A stretch of 63,732 nt of DNA, the filler included, from Sphacelaria rigidula (taxonomy: Eukaryota): the NCBI GenBank assembly GCA_964200075.2. It is 11 parts of 11 records of this genome, joined end to end, with 100 filler letters (N's around TTAATTAATTAA, not from the genome) between each part and the next. Parts side by side here need not be neighbours in the genome. Positions count along the whole stretch, not along the records: positions 58,031 to 63,732 come from CAXNAA020025128.1; 10 more parts are not named here. The stretch is one strand, 5' to 3'. The notes below the pieces were generated by a model that saw only the letters and a list, made by a program, of their open reading frames with translations, was not told where the DNA came from and did not search any database. Shown here in pieces: positions 60,607 through 63,732 of this stretch (the first letter of the stretch is position 1; every line of letters starts with the position of its first letter). Position numbers and translations under genes: made by a program.

Positions 60607-61756
60607 AAAAAAACTGAAGATACCGTCATTGTTTCTATGTTATGCCCCAGCGGTTCTCCATACCAATTTTCAATGTTCAACTCTCAAATTGAGGTGAGAA
60701 TCTGCATGTAACCCACAGATCCGCTTCACGGGTGGCACAGCTCGTAGAGGAGTCGAGTCGATTCACTGAAACTGAGCAAAGGCGAATCAAGTTCCTTGGC
60801 TTGAGAAGCCGACAGCAGATTGCTTGATGGGCAAGTCGGCGAGGCAAGTCGCTTGATCGTGGAGGAGAACCGATTCAACATATAAGTCTCATCTGAGCAC
60901 CTACAAACTGGTCCAGCCTAGAAACGGGTTTGAGCTCTCAAAGCAATACCTCATCGACACAGATGAGTTGGGCCGTGATCCGCATGTCGTATTAATCTTC
61001 GGATGAAGGGGAAGGTGCACATCTGCTCGAAAGTCTGGGCCAGTTTTTTCTCGTTGACTAAACCCGATGTCTAGGAATTCCTATATCGTAGAGAGATAGC
61101 GTCCATACTAAAGTCCAACCCCGAACGATGTATTCAGCGGGTGATGACGGTTTTTGGTGTGGACATTCCCTGGAGCACGGGGAAACGATAGATACCCTCA
61201 CCCTCACCTAATTCGTTATCTATCTCAAGATATGATATGGCGCACATAACGTTCCATACTAAAAATATTATATCACGAGCAGAGGCGCTAAATAAACTAA
61301 ATCTAGTTACAGTGCTGTAAAGGTGAACCAATATGGGGACAAGGGGGGAGGGTATCACATTTCTTCAGCAGCTGTCGGGTATCATTCACAGAGGAAATGC
61401 AGGCTCGCGTATCGCGACCGTCAGGTAAGTTGTGAGAACAGGTGTTTCCTTCGTGCAGTGTACTCTACGGTGTACACTGCAACTGACTATGACGCTGTCT
61501 CGTCGATTGTCGATGGTTATGGCCACATGGCGAGGAGGAGTGTACGGTACTCCCGGCCATGGGTGAGACCCGGCTCTGCGCTATGCATGCAAGCAGAGTT
61601 TGTTCTTGGAGAGGTCGCCGGTGAGTGCGACACTCAATAGGAGTTCCTCCTCTACGTACCTCTCCGCTGCCTGTTATAACGTTTTGTGACAGAACCCTTG
61701 CACCGGATCGAAACTTCCGCCCGGAAACACACCAAATCGGACGGCAGGCAGCCAAC

Positions 61757-61879
61757 ATGGAACCCCCGACGGCGAGCGGAGTTCCCCTTACCGCGGAAGC
61801 GGTGCTGAAGTATTTACGACCGCATTGCGTGGGAATCACTTCGATGCTGGAAGCAATCCTGCACGCTCTAGAAAGCTTG
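61757..61879 (+). CDS. TTI1: TELO2-interacting protein 1-like, first coding exon
   Basis: AEAVLKYLRPHCVGIT resembles the TTI1 N-terminal AF..LRPxCV.L motif. ATG in AACATGG context and TTG|gtgagt donor. Confidence 0.72.
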
Positions 61880-62335
61880 GTGAGTTGATGTGAGCTCTCA
61901 GATGTGTAGGCAGCACGAACACGTGAGCTTTCACATGGATTTGACATGCCTCGTTCTCGCCAGATCGCGCAGCTTTTCACATGTTTTACCCAATGTACGT
62001 AGGTTTGTATCTGTGTGGCCACATGTTCCATGTCATGCTGCTCGTGCTTCCCTAGCGAAACCGCAAAATGGGCTGGCTTTTTTCTTTTGCACGAACAACG
62101 TGCTCAAGACTCGTGTAAATAGGTTCACGAGCTGTCGTGGAATCTGTGGTCTTCTGGCTATCACCAGTATCACCGGTTAGACGGCACTTGCGGGTTAGCT
62201 TTGTAGCCGTGATATCGCTCCATCATTCGTCACTTGGCGATTTTATCGGCTTTCCCACCCCAATCGTCGCTAAAAATGAGAAATATCAACACATACCTGT
62301 CCCGTCCATCGCCACACCTACTTCACATCTCCAAG

Positions 62336-62731
62336 ACCGACGCCGGAACCACAAGCGCCGCCGCAGTAAAATACTCCGCCAAAATCGTCCAGCTGACGGA
62401 AGCCCTAGCGAGCTACAACTCCGCATTCCGTCGACTTTTGCATTCTTCCACAGCTCTCCGCACCACCGGCCTTCAACGGGCCGTGGCCCCCACTCTTCCT
62501 TTGGCAATGTATCCCCTGAATATTGCCCTTAGCCCCCCCGAGAAAGCGCCGCCCCGTCACAGCGGCGACGACGGCAGGACTGATTCCGGTCGTTCAAGCG
62601 CAAACGGGGGGCAAGGTTGGTGGAGTGACGGCGCGGTAAAGAGCGCTGGAAAACTTCCGCAGAGAGTGAGGGAGGAGGCGTTTCTATGTGTGGCGGCGGC
62701 GATTGAAGGCAGCGGCCCCTTGTTCGTGAAG
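62336..62731 (+). CDS. TTI1: TTI1-like, second coding exon
   Basis: LAMYPLNIAL and QRVREEAFLCV resemble TTI1 YILFPL and ERL....xCL. ccaAG acceptor and AAG|gtacat donor, 132 codons. Confidence 0.72.
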
Positions 62732-63277
62732 GTACATCGTTTGATATATCAACCATTTGTGAATTGTTTTTATAAAAAACTCGTCCTTCCGCAACCACAG
62801 GCGCCTGTGAAGAACGGGACGTCCGGCCCGGGGATCAGAGGGGATAGATTCGGAAGCGTTAATATCTTGGTTTATAGTATCATGCAGTTTGTCTTTTCTT
62901 TTAAACGCGGTCGTGCGTCCGCTGTCATGAATCCCCGTTGCGTGTTGTGTTGAATCAAACCTTTGCGATTTAGATCGTGCACCGATGTGCCCAGATTGAT
63001 CCCACACGATCAGACTAAGGGTTTCGCTCTAATCGAGAGAGTATCAGGATAGAATAATACTAGTCTCTGCCCTGCTTCCACCCATTCCATCAAGCTCCAC
63101 AAAAACGGCGCCCTTTGCCCGAGTGGTTTCCTTAACGACGAACCAAGCGATTATTTAACCCAATACCGTACAACCGGTCATATGGTCCATCCTAACGCTT
63201 CGGCCGCTCGCTGCCCGCCCCCCCACCTGGCAACTTACATATCTGTCCGCACATCTCACCTCTTTGCGACACTGAAG

Positions 63278-63517
63278 GGTTATGGCGCAAGTGAAACCTT
63301 GAATATTCTCTTGAGCCTGGTCTTTACTCTCTCTGAGTGTTCTACGACCACTGGAGTTCCCGGGCCGGAATCGGCGAGTCGCGACAGTGGAGATGATAAC
63401 AGTCGCCGCGCAAGCGGCAACGGTAATGGCTATCGTAGTGCGGACAGTCGGCATTCGGATAGCCGATTGAGCGCAGGAACCGACGCTCTCAGACTGGCCT
63501 GCCTGCAATGCCTCGAG
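63278..63517 (+). CDS. TTI1: TTI1-like, third coding exon
   Basis: TDALRLACLQCLE resembles TTI1 SEELKLAVIQGL. gaAG acceptor and GAG|gtgcga donor, 80 codons, phase 0. Confidence 0.68.
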
Positions 63518-63732
63518 GTGCGATACCACATGTCACCCTAGCGCGGTACCCTTCGCGAAATCAACAACCTTTGTAGATATGCGTCTCACCCTTGTCATTC
63601 CTGTTGATTGAACTCGTTCCTAGACATGTTAGCCCTTGGCGGGAGAACGGGGGGGGGGGGGGGGGGGGGGGGCGCACCGATTTGTTTCTTGTTATTTTTT
63701 TTACCATGTGGGGGGGGAGGGGGGGGGGGGGG

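Overview
Eukaryotic nuclear DNA, most likely from a brown alga (inferred from the intron-rich genes, a plastid Tic22-like gene, GC-AG splicing and dense MITE/SINE repeats). The window is not one locus. It is 11 unrelated contigs of 5702-5704 bp, sorted by size and joined by an artificial N44-TTAATTAATTAA-N44 spacer, so nothing can be inferred from adjacency across spacers. Recognisable host gene fragments are VPS18 (last 2 exons), a NOL11-like gene (2 exons), a Tic22-like gene (4 exons) and a TTI1-like gene (first 3 coding exons). Mobile DNA includes a Ty1/copia 5' LTR-PBS-gag-protease, a copia RNase H end, a decayed gag, tRNA-derived SINEs and many TIR/foldback MITEs with target-site duplications (TSDs). 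The best novelty candidates are (i) an uninterrupted 751-codon orphan multi-pass membrane ORF, (ii) a 303-bp TIR element with a perfect 8-bp TSD carrying a 42-bp array of dyad units, (iii) a decayed, spliced SAP-containing KDZ/Zisupton-like transposase, and (iv) a perfect 39-bp hairpin. All family assignments come from motif recall, not database searches.
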